From NCBI GenBank assembly GCA_016187745.1, contig JACPJC010000005.1:64001-128000 (forward strand): DNA of 64,000 bases, given 5' to 3'. Shown piece after piece: positions 9,566-18,535 of the stretch; position 1 is the first letter of the stretch; each line of letters opens with the position of its first letter. The stretch is from Candidatus Iainarchaeum sp. (GTDB lineage: Archaea > Iainarchaeota > Iainarchaeia > Iainarchaeales > JAXPJC01). The notes beneath the pieces were generated by a model. The model was not told the DNA's origin, searched no databases, and was given only the letters and a program-made list of their open reading frames with translations. The position numbers and the translations under genes are program-made.

Positions 9566-10000
9566 ATGCGGAAAATTGAAGTGCACAGCAGGGCGCAGCT
9601 TTCTCTGGAATACATGCTCCTGCTTGCTGCATTTTTCTCAGCGCTGCTGGTTTTCATGCCGGTAATTGCGAGCCTGCACGCAAATGCCGTTTTTGCAAGC
9701 GATGTGCAGAATGCGCAGAACTTCATGGGCGGGCTGGAAAGCGCTTCGGAAAAAATGCTCATCCTTGGCAGCGGCTCGCAGCTGGAATTAACCGCAAAAG
9801 TCCTTACCGCATGGGACTTGGAAATAAGCGGGCCAAAAGCAGTCCTAAATATCAGGTCAGAAAGCGCTGGCAAAAGCAAAACCATTGAGGCAGAGCTTGC
9901 TGCTCCCCTTGAGTTGGGCCGGAGAACATTCACTTCAGGATTCAGCATGCTGCTGAAAAATGAGGACGGGAAAATCACAATCAGGCAGGCTCAGCCGTAA
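9566..10000 (+). CDS. Class III signal peptide (pilin-like) protein
   Basis: MRKIEVHSRA|QLSLEYMLLLAAFFSALLVF; likely start 9566 rather than 9314. Confidence 0.8.
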   Translation: MRKIEVHSRAQLSLEYMLLLAAFFSALLVFMPVIASLHANAVFASDVQNAQNFMGGLESASEKMLILGSGSQLELTAKVLTAWDLEISGPKAVLNIRSESAGKSKTIEAELAAPLELGRRTFTSGFSMLLKNEDGKITIRQAQP

Positions 10001-10347
10001 ATGCTTATGCTTATCTCAACCGCATTCAATTCCCCATCAAGCGCAAATCCCGATGCCGAATAAGTCTCCCTGTGCCTTCCTCCGGGCTTCCCGACAGCAA
10101 TCCTTTCATTTCCAAGCCCTATCTCCCCTGAAGAATTCGGAAAAACGAATTCAAAATCCGCCTTCATCCCATCCAAATCAAAATCCCTTTCAAAGAGCCA
10201 TGCCTTAAGCAGGTCATCCTCTTTCTGCAGGATGTGCAGCTCATCCAAATCTTCCATTTTATTCTGCATGGGGATTGAGAGTATTGCAAACAGGATGAGC
10301 AGGCTCAGCATCGCCTCAAATGCAAGGTAAATTCCCCTGCGCTTCAT
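9991..10347 (-). CDS. Pilin-like protein
   Basis: MKRRG|IYLAFEAMLSLLILFAIL; ATGA overlap with the upstream gene. Confidence 0.7.
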   Translation of the reverse strand: MKRRGIYLAFEAMLSLLILFAILSIPMQNKMEDLDELHILQKEDDLLKAWLFERDFDLDGMKADFEFVFPNSSGEIGLGNERIAVGKPGGRHRETYSASGFALDGELNAVEISISIYG

Positions 10348-10805
10348 TTTCCAACCCCGCACATCAAAAACAGAATTTTCGCTTTCCCATCCCCGGAATC
10401 ATTCCTTATATGAACAAGCCTCTCAACAGCGGAGCAGTTATTTTTATTTCCGCTTTCCGAAATGACCTCTTTTTTTCCATCAACATATTCAAGCGCAATT
10501 TTCCCGATAAGGAATTTCTCATTTTCCGGCTTTTGCGAGCCGCTTTTTTTGAGCAGCCCGTAATCAATCACATTATCCAGAACCCTGCGCCTTTCCATAT
10601 CATAAACCGCGAAAGAATCCTTCACTGAAGAATCTGCAAACGAGAATGCGTTCTGGTAGAATGAAAACTCCCCAAGCGCATCTGCGTCCTGCGCCGCAAT
10701 CAAATTAAAATTAAGGAGCATGAAATACAGCATTGCGCACATTATGAAAAACGCCAGCAGCAGGTCAAAGCTGAAAAGCAATCCCAGCTCATTTATAGTG
10801 CGCAT
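10344..10805 (-). CDS. Pilin-like protein
   Basis: G|LLFSFDLLLAFFIMCAMLYFML N-terminal helix of minor-pilin type. Confidence 0.65.
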   Translation of the reverse strand: MRTINELGLLFSFDLLLAFFIMCAMLYFMLLNFNLIAAQDADALGEFSFYQNAFSFADSSVKDSFAVYDMERRRVLDNVIDYGLLKKSGSQKPENEKFLIGKIALEYVDGKKEVISESGNKNNCSAVERLVHIRNDSGDGKAKILFLMCGVGK

Positions 10806-11133
10806 TTGTTTTCACCCATATTTTGGTCCCGCCCAGTGATTCCACGTTTGTTGCATCCCCATAAAGCAGGAAAGCGTCTGCCTCCTGCCCCGCATATTTG
10901 CTTGCAATTTTATTTCCCTTTATGAAGCAGCTTATTTCAATATTTGTGAGATTTCCTCCCTCCGCGGAATAAAGCCCGTTTACAAGGGCGGCGCATTTCT
11001 CCGCATTTATTTTTGCTGTTGCGTAATCCCTGCTGCTGCCTGCTCCGCTGCCCGCATTCTGCAGTGCGCCAGCAAAAACCCCGATGATTGCGAGGAAGGC
11101 GGCAAATGCGATCAGTGCCTCATAGCTCTGCAT
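10789..11133 (-). CDS. Pilin-like / membrane-anchored protein
   Basis: MQSYEALIAFAAFLAIIGVF with Glu5 and a hydrophobic helix; overlapping operon organisation. Confidence 0.6.
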   Translation of the reverse strand: MQSYEALIAFAAFLAIIGVFAGALQNAGSGAGSSRDYATAKINAEKCAALVNGLYSAEGGNLTNIEISCFIKGNKIASKYAGQEADAFLLYGDATNVESLGGTKIWVKTNAHYK

Positions 11134-11135
11134 TT

Positions 11136-11702
11136 TTATGCCTCCGCGGTTATTGCATAATCAAATGGAATTGCAAAAACCTGCAAATAATTTCCATATG
11201 CAATTTCCGCAAAAACAGCCCTGTCCTTGAATATTCCCCCGGTGTATGAAAATTCCGCGCTATAACCCTCCAAATCCTTGACAACAATCACCTTGCTGTT
11301 TGCGCAAATGTCAGATTCCTGCAAGGGCGCTTTTACTTTCAAAGGCAGCTCCTGATACTCGGAAGAGCTTGCAAAGGCCGAATAGAATTTTATTGAAGGG
11401 TGCGCCGCATATGCCGATTCCACATCCGTAAAATAGCCGAACAGCGCCGAGCAGATTTTTCCCCTTATTGTCTCGGGGTCGTAATTCCCGCCCTTCAGCT
11501 CATTTTCCATGACCCTTTCAATCAGGAAATCTGAATTCTGCTCAATCTCATTGCGCACATAAGAAGCCTTTTCCATCTGCATCAGCAGCGCCTGCGTTTT
11601 CCCAATCTCCATTGCAATTTCGTTCTGCGCCCCGAGCATTGCAAACTCCATGGCAATGAACAGCAGGACAAGCACGAAGCTCAATATGCCCCTTGAGCGC
11701 AT
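11136..11702 (-). CDS. Pilin-like / membrane-anchored protein
   Basis: MRSRG|ILSFVLVLLFIAM. Confidence 0.6.
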   Translation of the reverse strand: MRSRGILSFVLVLLFIAMEFAMLGAQNEIAMEIGKTQALLMQMEKASYVRNEIEQNSDFLIERVMENELKGGNYDPETIRGKICSALFGYFTDVESAYAAHPSIKFYSAFASSSEYQELPLKVKAPLQESDICANSKVIVVKDLEGYSAEFSYTGGIFKDRAVFAEIAYGNYLQVFAIPFDYAITAEA

Positions 11703-11727
11703 GCAATAATTATGGAGAAATAGCTTT

Positions 11728-12345
11728 TTATTTATTTCGCTTATCAACGAAATATGATGCTTTGGGCATTTTGCGCATTTTCATGATGCAAAACGCAATC
11801 AAGAGCCCAAGCGCAATAATTACCGCAATATACAAAACAACATCAGCAAAGCCCGCAGCGGAAACTGCCTGCGCAGCTGCCTTTTCCGCAATGCCCTTCA
11901 CAACTTCATTTTTGCCTGCTTCCAGCGCAGGCGCCGAAGCGCCCGTAAGCCCCTGGCTCATCTCAGGCGCGCCTGAGGCAATAGGTTTTGCGGCTCCCAC
12001 AAATAAAACCCAGAATTTCGAAATGAACTCATAAAGCAGCCCAACCATTGCAAGCGATGCAAGCGCCAGAACTATAAGTATGCTGGCTTCAGCCTTCCCC
12101 ACAAGCGCCTTGCTCTTATTGCTCAGCGTATAGTATTTCCACTTGTGCCTGCTTTCAATCTGCTCAACAAGCCCGGCCTTCCCAAGCGTGCCAAGATGCT
12201 GCTTTATTGTTGGCGAGGACATTCCAAGCTTTGCAGCCAGCTCGCTGAGATTGTGGTTCCTGACTGCAAGCAGCTTTATTATGTCAACGCGCGTTTTGGA
12301 AGAGAGCGCCTTGAACTCGTTTGCGCCCAATGCAACTTCAGCCAT
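11728..12345 (-). CDS. ArsR-type winged-helix regulator with two C-terminal TM helices
   Basis: FKALSSKTRVDIIKLL...LSELAAKLGMSSPTIKQHLGTLGKAGLV...KWKYYTL then two hydrophobic segments. Confidence 0.85.
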   Translation of the reverse strand: MAEVALGANEFKALSSKTRVDIIKLLAVRNHNLSELAAKLGMSSPTIKQHLGTLGKAGLVEQIESRHKWKYYTLSNKSKALVGKAEASILIVLALASLAMVGLLYEFISKFWVLFVGAAKPIASGAPEMSQGLTGASAPALEAGKNEVVKGIAEKAAAQAVSAAGFADVVLYIAVIIALGLLIAFCIMKMRKMPKASYFVDKRNK

Positions 12346-12391
12346 GATTCTATTAATTGTTAAAAGGAATTTATAACCCTTCTTATTTTAC

Positions 12392-12407
12392 TTAGGCAAA
12401 TGCCTAA
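12392..12407. promoter_or_regulatory. Palindromic operator candidate upstream of the ArsR-like gene
   Basis: ttaggca-aa-tgcctaa, perfect 7-bp arms, just upstream of a minus-strand TTATAAAT box (~12369-12376). Confidence 0.45.
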
Positions 12408-12411
12408 CTAA

Positions 12412-12915
12412 CTATTGTCTTTTATTTGATATAATGCGCCTAATCGCAGCAATTTGTGCATGTTGCTTGCCAAGAATTGTTTTAAACAATTTTACAGATT
12501 CTTCATTGCTAGTCGCATTCCTAACAAGGTTATCAATGTTGTCAAATTTATCTAGTACTTGCTGCTGCACTTCCTGCCTTTCAGGACCAGATATTTTATC
12601 AGGGTGTTGCAAATCCTGTGATAAATTAACTATATTTTGAAATTCATTGTGAATGAGGCCTCTATAATAGCGGTCCTGTGGTATCTTCTGATTAAGCCCT
12701 ATTGCACTCAATGCTTCGCTCACAGCAATTCTAGTATTGAGGCCGAATCTTTTTCTAGCTGAATAGTCAATCCAGTTTCCCCCCTCTTTGGAAATTTTTT
12801 CTGCTCTACTTGCAATTTTTTGTTCATGTTTACTAAATGTTTTTTTTAAGGCTCTATCAGTCGGCCCTAGAAGGCCTCTTCTAATAATTCTTTGAATTCC
12901 CTTCGCCCCAGTCAT
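12412..12915 (-). CDS. Hypothetical protein (AT-rich, basic N-terminus)
   Basis: 167-aa ORF filling the gap between housekeeping-type genes. Confidence 0.65.
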   Translation of the reverse strand: MTGAKGIQRIIRRGLLGPTDRALKKTFSKHEQKIASRAEKISKEGGNWIDYSARKRFGLNTRIAVSEALSAIGLNQKIPQDRYYRGLIHNEFQNIVNLSQDLQHPDKISGPERQEVQQQVLDKFDNIDNLVRNATSNEESVKLFKTILGKQHAQIAAIRRIISNKRQ

Positions 12916-12978
12916 TGTTTCACATTGATTTATTGTACAACCTTATTAATAACAATTTCTCATAACAAAAAGAAATAT

Positions 12979-13815
12979 CTATAATTTCTCCCAGTATTTT
13001 TTCATCAGCAGCGCGTCCTCTTCCAGATTTGGGGATTCGCAAATAATGCAGCCTGATGCATTTTCCCCGCGAAGCGCTTCCAAAAGCCATTTGTAGTTGA
13101 AGCTGTTCCCAATTTCCTGCATATTCATATGGTTCCTTTCCCCCTTTGCGCTGAAATTTATTCCAGAAACATGCATCTGCAGGTTTTCCAAAAACTTTCT
13201 GTTTGATTTTTTGATTTCATTTATCGCTTCTGCAAAATCCCTTTTTGTTTTAAACCTTCCATTCTCCCGCGCGTGCAGGTGCGAAAAATCAACCATCGGC
13301 ATTATTTCAGGAATGCGCCTGCACAATTCAAGCGTTTCCGAAAGCGAACCAAATTGCGAGCCCTTTCCTGTTGTTTCAGGCGCAAGCCTTATGTTCATTT
13401 TTTCCTTTTCCATTCCCCCAAGGATGTCATTGACTGCGCTTTCAACAGCCCGCATGCACTCCTCCCTGCCGCTCCCCCCGTAATATGCGGGATGGAACGT
13501 TACAATCTTAGCCCCGCAGATTTCCCCAATCCTTGCGGAATCAAAAATCCTTTTCTTGCTCGCCTCAATTTTCTTTTGTTCAGCAGAAGTCAGATTTATG
13601 AAATAGGGTGCATGCACGCGGAGCATTACATTATTGTCCCTTGCCGCATTCCCAACAGAATGCGCAGTTCCCTCGCTCATGTGCACCCCCCGCACAAATT
13701 CAAGCTCCATCGCATCAAGCCTGAGCGCTGAAACCCTTTCAATCCCGCTTATTGAATCGGGTCCGCCCGAGGAGTGAGGAACCCCCGCAGTGCCAAAAAG
13801 CATTTTTGCTTTCAT
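12979..13815 (-). CDS. nfo: Endonuclease IV (AP endonuclease family 2)
   Basis: FGTAGVP, MELEFVRGV, HAPYFINL, PETTGKGSQFG, DFSHLHAR, GERNH, ICESPNLEEDA. Confidence 0.92.
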   Translation of the reverse strand: MKAKMLFGTAGVPHSSGGPDSISGIERVSALRLDAMELEFVRGVHMSEGTAHSVGNAARDNNVMLRVHAPYFINLTSAEQKKIEASKKRIFDSARIGEICGAKIVTFHPAYYGGSGREECMRAVESAVNDILGGMEKEKMNIRLAPETTGKGSQFGSLSETLELCRRIPEIMPMVDFSHLHARENGRFKTKRDFAEAINEIKKSNRKFLENLQMHVSGINFSAKGERNHMNMQEIGNSFNYKWLLEALRGENASGCIICESPNLEEDALLMKKYWEKL

Positions 13816-13819
13816 GCTT

Positions 13820-15031
13820 CTACCATCTGCCAGTCAGCTTTGCCCCGACATATGGCGCCCCGCCAGGCGTCCTCATAGGTCCCAGGTCCACATTTATGTT
13901 TCTCTCCCTGAGCAATTTCGGGTCAATCCTGCCTGTGAGTGCGGCTTTCCCAAGCCCGCGCAATGTTGACCAGTTTAATGCAAGGTCCATAACCGCGGCT
14001 GCGCCAATCATCCCCCTGCTAACGCCTGTTTCCCTGGAAATGCCGTTCAGGTCATTGATGGATTCTTTGCTTCCCCCAAACAAATAAGCGCTTGCAACAT
14101 ATGTCGGGAAGTCAAGCCTTCCAAAAAGGCCCGCAGTTGCCCAGAATGATGCATGCGCAGGGTCCCCCATAGCCAGATTCTCGGCCATATGGGCGAAATT
14201 TCTTGAATTTTCCAGCCCGCTGACATATACATCAAGCAGGACCCTGCTTGCCGCCTTCGGGTCCTTATCCGCCAATTCCCTGAATTTCTCCGAGTCATAC
14301 CATGTTATCTTGCCGCTGACAGGAAGAAGGCTGGCGCGGAATCTGACATTAAATTCCACGTTTTCAAAAAGATTTCCATAGCTATGTATTGTTTCCAAAT
14401 GCCCCAAATACTCGTGTGCAAAACTCGCAAGCAGGTTGGTGCTGACCGCAGTTGCAACACCCCCAACAAGCGTTAATTTTTGTTCGCCGCCAATAACTCT
14501 TGCAGCCAAAGCCTCAGGCCCGCCTTTTCCTTTTTTTGCGAAGCCCTCGGCTTCCATAACTGATTTCACGCAGCCCGGAGCAAACTTCTGAGCAACAGGC
14601 AGCTGGGAATCATTTATTTCAACCAATCTCATTTCTGCGGTGTTTTTAATCATTTCCTGCGGATTTTCAAGCCCAAACAGGCCTTTTGCATTTATTTCGC
14701 GCACAATTGGTGTTGGCTTTCTGGCTCCGCGCAACATTGCGCTAACATCTTCCTGGACAGCAGCCAGCCTCGGGGCAATTAATGAAGGCAGGATAAACCC
14801 AAGCGCCCCGAGCGCAATGCGCCTTTTGAGGGAGGAATTCCCAAAAAACCTTCCCCGCCGCAGATTCTCAACAGGCGTTTTATTTGGAAAGGGGATTCTG
14901 ATTTTCCCGGGAGGGGCGGCGCGCCGGTTCCCAAATACCGGGAAACGCCGGTTTCCTCTTTTGGATAAACGCCTGTTCTGCGCACTAAGGTTGATATTGC
15001 TCCTGTTTCCAACAATTATTGATCTGCCCAT
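13820..15031 (-). CDS. Hypothetical protein with long Arg-rich N-terminus and one TM/signal segment
   Basis: 403-aa ORF; RRIALGALGFILPSLIAP hydrophobic stretch after ~70 mostly basic/polar residues. Confidence 0.7.
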   Translation of the reverse strand: MGRSIIVGNRSNINLSAQNRRLSKRGNRRFPVFGNRRAAPPGKIRIPFPNKTPVENLRRGRFFGNSSLKRRIALGALGFILPSLIAPRLAAVQEDVSAMLRGARKPTPIVREINAKGLFGLENPQEMIKNTAEMRLVEINDSQLPVAQKFAPGCVKSVMEAEGFAKKGKGGPEALAARVIGGEQKLTLVGGVATAVSTNLLASFAHEYLGHLETIHSYGNLFENVEFNVRFRASLLPVSGKITWYDSEKFRELADKDPKAASRVLLDVYVSGLENSRNFAHMAENLAMGDPAHASFWATAGLFGRLDFPTYVASAYLFGGSKESINDLNGISRETGVSRGMIGAAAVMDLALNWSTLRGLGKAALTGRIDPKLLRERNINVDLGPMRTPGGAPYVGAKLTGRW

Positions 15032-15124
15032 CTGCTCTCAAATCAATTATATCTTAAGAGGTATTAATGCCTTTCGGCATATTCTTTAAATATCCTTTCA
15101 GCCATTTTATTCTCAGGAATTGGA

Positions 15125-16258
15125 ATGCCTCGCAACATATTTGAGAATGCAGCGCTTGAGGGCGCAATATTCAAGAATGAAAGTTATCTGTATCCGGAAT
15201 TCGTTCCCGAGCGCCTCCCGCACCGCGAGGCGCAGATTGATGCGCTTGTTTACTGCTTCTCCCCGATAGCAAAAGGCGCAAAGCCGCACAATGTCTTTGT
15301 CCATGGGAAAACCGGAACAGGGAAAACCGTAACAGTGAAATATGTGATGAATGAGCTGCAGGAGCACACTGACCGCGCGAAAGCGCTTTACATAAACTGC
15401 TTTGAGTTTTCCTCGCGCTCTTCTGTCCTTTCGGAAGTCGCAAACTTCATTGGCGCTGTTGTTCCAAGGCGCGGGCTCTCAACTGATGAGATATACTCAA
15501 AACTTCTTGAAAGCGCCAGGCGCCTGCAATTTACCCCCATAATCATCCTTGATGAGGCGGACCAGCTCTCAGTTCAGGGAAAGGAGGATGCCTCAAAGCT
15601 GCTTTACGATTTGCTGCGCATAATAGAATATGAAAAAATCCGCTTCGGGATTGCGCTCATTTCAAATTCCGGGGAATTCCTTGCAAAGCTTGATGCAAGA
15701 GTAAGGAGCTCCCTTGCCGAGGAGCGCATTGAATTCGAGCCCTATTCCCCCATTCAATTGAAGGAAATCCTGAGGGAGCGCGCGGAATTTGCATTCCTTC
15801 CAAATGCGCTTGAGAATGAGGTTATAAATGTCGCTGCGGCGCACGCTGCAAAATTGGGGGGAGACTGCAGGATTGCGATTGAAAGTTTATGGAAAGCGGG
15901 AAGGATTGCGGAAAAGGAGGGCGCAGGGAAACTCACATTAAAGCACCTGCGCAGCGCCTTTGAGCTTATTGAAAGCTCCCCGGGAAGAAAGCCCGCGAAT
16001 TTCCTTTCCGGAACAGAAAAGGCAATGCTCAAAATAATCCTGCAGGAAAAGCAGCTCAATTCAGGTGAACTGTTCAGGAAATACAATGAAAGCGCAGGGG
16101 AAAAGCTCAGCGAGAGGCGCCTGCGCGAAGTTGCAACCGGGCTTGAAAAAAAGCAGATAATTTCCTCAGAGGGAATAAACCTTCCGGAAAGGGGCAGGAC
16201 CCGGAGGATTTCGCTGAAGATTTCCCGGCGCGAGCTCGCGGAAAAATTAGGCAAATGA
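15125..16258 (+). CDS. cdc6: Cdc6/Orc1 replication initiator
   Basis: PERLPHREAQI, Walker A GKTGTGKT, YINC, ILDEAD, GDCRIAI, C-terminal wH domain. Confidence 0.95.
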   Translation: MPRNIFENAALEGAIFKNESYLYPEFVPERLPHREAQIDALVYCFSPIAKGAKPHNVFVHGKTGTGKTVTVKYVMNELQEHTDRAKALYINCFEFSSRSSVLSEVANFIGAVVPRRGLSTDEIYSKLLESARRLQFTPIIILDEADQLSVQGKEDASKLLYDLLRIIEYEKIRFGIALISNSGEFLAKLDARVRSSLAEERIEFEPYSPIQLKEILRERAEFAFLPNALENEVINVAAAHAAKLGGDCRIAIESLWKAGRIAEKEGAGKLTLKHLRSAFELIESSPGRKPANFLSGTEKAMLKIILQEKQLNSGELFRKYNESAGEKLSERRLREVATGLEKKQIISSEGINLPERGRTRRISLKISRRELAEKLGK

Positions 16259-16292
16259 ATTTAAATAAGTTTCCCCTATTATTCCTTCAATT

Positions 16293-17192
16293 ATGTCTGC
16301 ATTAGGCATACTGAAGAAAATTGTCCTTGCAGTCCTTGCATTCCTCCTAGTTTCAAATCTGGTTGCGCTTGTGCTTCTGCTGAATTTCAAGGCAGTGGCA
16401 TTTGAGCCAACATTCTATGAGGATGAGCTGGAAAAGCTACAGGTTTATGGCTCCGCGAAAAATCTTATTGCAGAGCTGCTGGTTCAGCAGCTTCCCGCGC
16501 AATTAACATTAATAATCCCCGCAGACCGGCTTGAAGCGGAAATAAAAAATGCAATCCCCGATTCCTGGATGAAGGTGCAGTTCAAAAGCCTGACGCAAAA
16601 CACCCTTGCCTATTTAAAAGGCGAAAAAGAAGCCCTTGAGCTTGAAATTTCCCTTTCCGAAGTGAAATCCTCGCTGCAGGCATTTGCGCAGGATTACATT
16701 GCGAAGAACATCCCCCCTGAGCTCGCAGGCGCAATAAATTTAAATCAGCTCTTAAGTTCGCTCCCGGACACATTTGATTTAACATCAATGCTCCCGAATC
16801 TGCAGCAAGTGGAGCAGGCAAGGCGGATAATACAATTGTTTTTCCTTGCGATAAATGCGCTTATTGTGAGCGCGGTAATCCTTTTTGTGCTTATAATTCT
16901 CCTTACATTCAGGAGTTTGAAATCCCTGCTCCGCTGGGTTTCTGAGCCATTGATTGCATCAGGCGCGGTATGCATTTCCCTTGCCTACACGATGCCGGCT
17001 GTTGTAAAGCAGATGCTTTCCCAGCAATTGGGCGCGGCGGGCGGCCTTGCCTATGGCGCCAATACAATTTCCGCATTTATAGCGGATTTCGCAAACGCAA
17101 TCTTCTCGGGCGCAATGGCTTATGGGATAGCGCTTCTGGTTATAGGGCTGGTTCTGTTTATTGCGTCATTTTTCATAAAGAAAAAGATATAA
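16293..17192 (+). CDS. Integral membrane protein, unknown function
   Basis: One N-terminal and three C-terminal TM helices around a helical soluble domain. Confidence 0.75.
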   Translation: MSALGILKKIVLAVLAFLLVSNLVALVLLLNFKAVAFEPTFYEDELEKLQVYGSAKNLIAELLVQQLPAQLTLIIPADRLEAEIKNAIPDSWMKVQFKSLTQNTLAYLKGEKEALELEISLSEVKSSLQAFAQDYIAKNIPPELAGAINLNQLLSSLPDTFDLTSMLPNLQQVEQARRIIQLFFLAINALIVSAVILFVLIILLTFRSLKSLLRWVSEPLIASGAVCISLAYTMPAVVKQMLSQQLGAAGGLAYGANTISAFIADFANAIFSGAMAYGIALLVIGLVLFIASFFIKKKI

Positions 17193-17207
17193 AATATTTA
17201 ACTTTTT

Positions 17208-18167
17208 TTAAATCTGCGGCGCATAATAGATTTTTTCAGTTTTGAAAATAGTTATCCAGTTGAATTCTTTTATTATTTCAGGGAATTTCAGCCTTATTTC
17301 CCTCATCAGCTCATGGAATTCTCTTGGTGTTTGAAGCATTGCCTCAAACTCAAGATCAGAAATGCCAATTGCCTCTGTTACAAACATTACATTCATTTTG
17401 GATTTAAGGAAAGAAATAAGTTGCAGATATTTTTCTGCAGAAAGGTCCTGCAACTGCATGAAGACCTTATACCATGTGTATCCGATTTTTGAATAATCCA
17501 AAACAACCATGTACCCCAGAATGACTTTGTTTCTTTCAAGCCTTTTTATCCTATACTTTACAGTCTTGTCTGATATGCCAAGCTTTTTTCCCATTTCAAC
17601 AAGCGAGGCCCTGCTGTTTTTTGCCAATATGCTAAGAATTCTGCCGTCAATAGAATCTATTTCAAAGTGCGAGAACCTTTGCTCCATCATCAGCTCATGC
17701 AAAGAGGTTTCTTTTGTGAGATATCTATGGGAGATATGGTGCGCCCTCACAATAAAGGAAATATCAACTGTTTTGAGAAACTTCCCAAACTTAAATTTCA
17801 ATGTCTTTATTGCGCCATCAAGCTCAAGCATATCTCTTGACCAGAAAATTATTAAAAGATCATATGCGCCATCAAGCCTTGTGACCCAGCCAACATCGTG
17901 CATCTTCAAAGCAAATTTAATGATGTCATCTTCATTATAGCTGCCTTGCAGCTTTATCCAAAGCCTTGCACTCTGCCTCTGAAGCTTGAAAACATCAATT
18001 ACTGCATAGTATCCAAGAATTATTTTGTTGTACTCAAGTTTTTCAAGTCGCTGCTTTACTGCCTGCTTTGAGAGCCTTACTTTTTTAGCTAAAGCTGAAA
18101 TGGGCTGTCTTGAGTCTTTGTCCAGTTCAGCCAATAGTTTTCTGTCTATCAAGTCTAGCTTATACAT
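17208..18167 (-). CDS. Tandem (double) Lrp/AsnC regulator
   Basis: Two HTH+RAM units (LDLIDRKLLAELDKDSRQPISALAKKV; IDSIDGRILSILAKNSRASLVEMGKKL). Confidence 0.9.
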   Translation of the reverse strand: MYKLDLIDRKLLAELDKDSRQPISALAKKVRLSKQAVKQRLEKLEYNKIILGYYAVIDVFKLQRQSARLWIKLQGSYNEDDIIKFALKMHDVGWVTRLDGAYDLLIIFWSRDMLELDGAIKTLKFKFGKFLKTVDISFIVRAHHISHRYLTKETSLHELMMEQRFSHFEIDSIDGRILSILAKNSRASLVEMGKKLGISDKTVKYRIKRLERNKVILGYMVVLDYSKIGYTWYKVFMQLQDLSAEKYLQLISFLKSKMNVMFVTEAIGISDLEFEAMLQTPREFHELMREIRLKFPEIIKEFNWITIFKTEKIYYAPQI

Positions 18168-18271
18168 ATATTGACAATTGTAAAAAAATATTAATAAATC
18201 TTTCTATTAGTTCTGTAAAATAATAGGAATTCTTATAAATCAGAATGAAGGAAGATGTGTATGGTGGAATA

Positions 18272-18391
18272 ATGAATAAATGGTTAAAATCCTTGACAAA
18301 AGAGAGAATAGAAAAAGATGTGAGAGGCGAACGCTGCTCATCTCCGCTTGAAAGGCAGTTGAGGGGCGGGCATGATTGCCCCTATCCTTAA
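18272..18391 (+). CDS. 39-aa small ORF, candidate precursor peptide 1
   Basis: MNKWLKSLTKERIEKDVRGERCSSPLERQLRGGHDCPYP*; TTATAAAT at 18233-18240 and GGTGG just upstream of the ATG. Confidence 0.5.
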   Translation: MNKWLKSLTKERIEKDVRGERCSSPLERQLRGGHDCPYP

Positions 18392-18394
18392 GGT

Positions 18395-18511
18395 ATGCGT
18401 ATGCAAGAGAAAAATCCTTGGTTGCTTAAAAGGCGCAGAGAAAGGCAAAAAGAATCAATACAAAAGCGCTATGCCTCGGCATCCGACCAATGCAGGCTTC
18501 ATACGATTTGA
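18395..18511 (+). CDS. 38-aa small ORF, candidate precursor peptide 2
   Basis: MRMQEKNPWLLKRRRERQKESIQKRYASASDQCRLHTI*; 3-nt gap after the ORF1 stop, ends 24 nt before the radical SAM gene. Confidence 0.45.
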   Translation: MRMQEKNPWLLKRRRERQKESIQKRYASASDQCRLHTI

Positions 18512-18535
18512 CTACAAAACTCCCGGCTGATTTAA

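Noticed and set aside
15032-15124. Replication origin next to cdc6
   Set aside because: Only ~90 bp intergenic, with no ORB-like repeats or G-strings on either side of the gene
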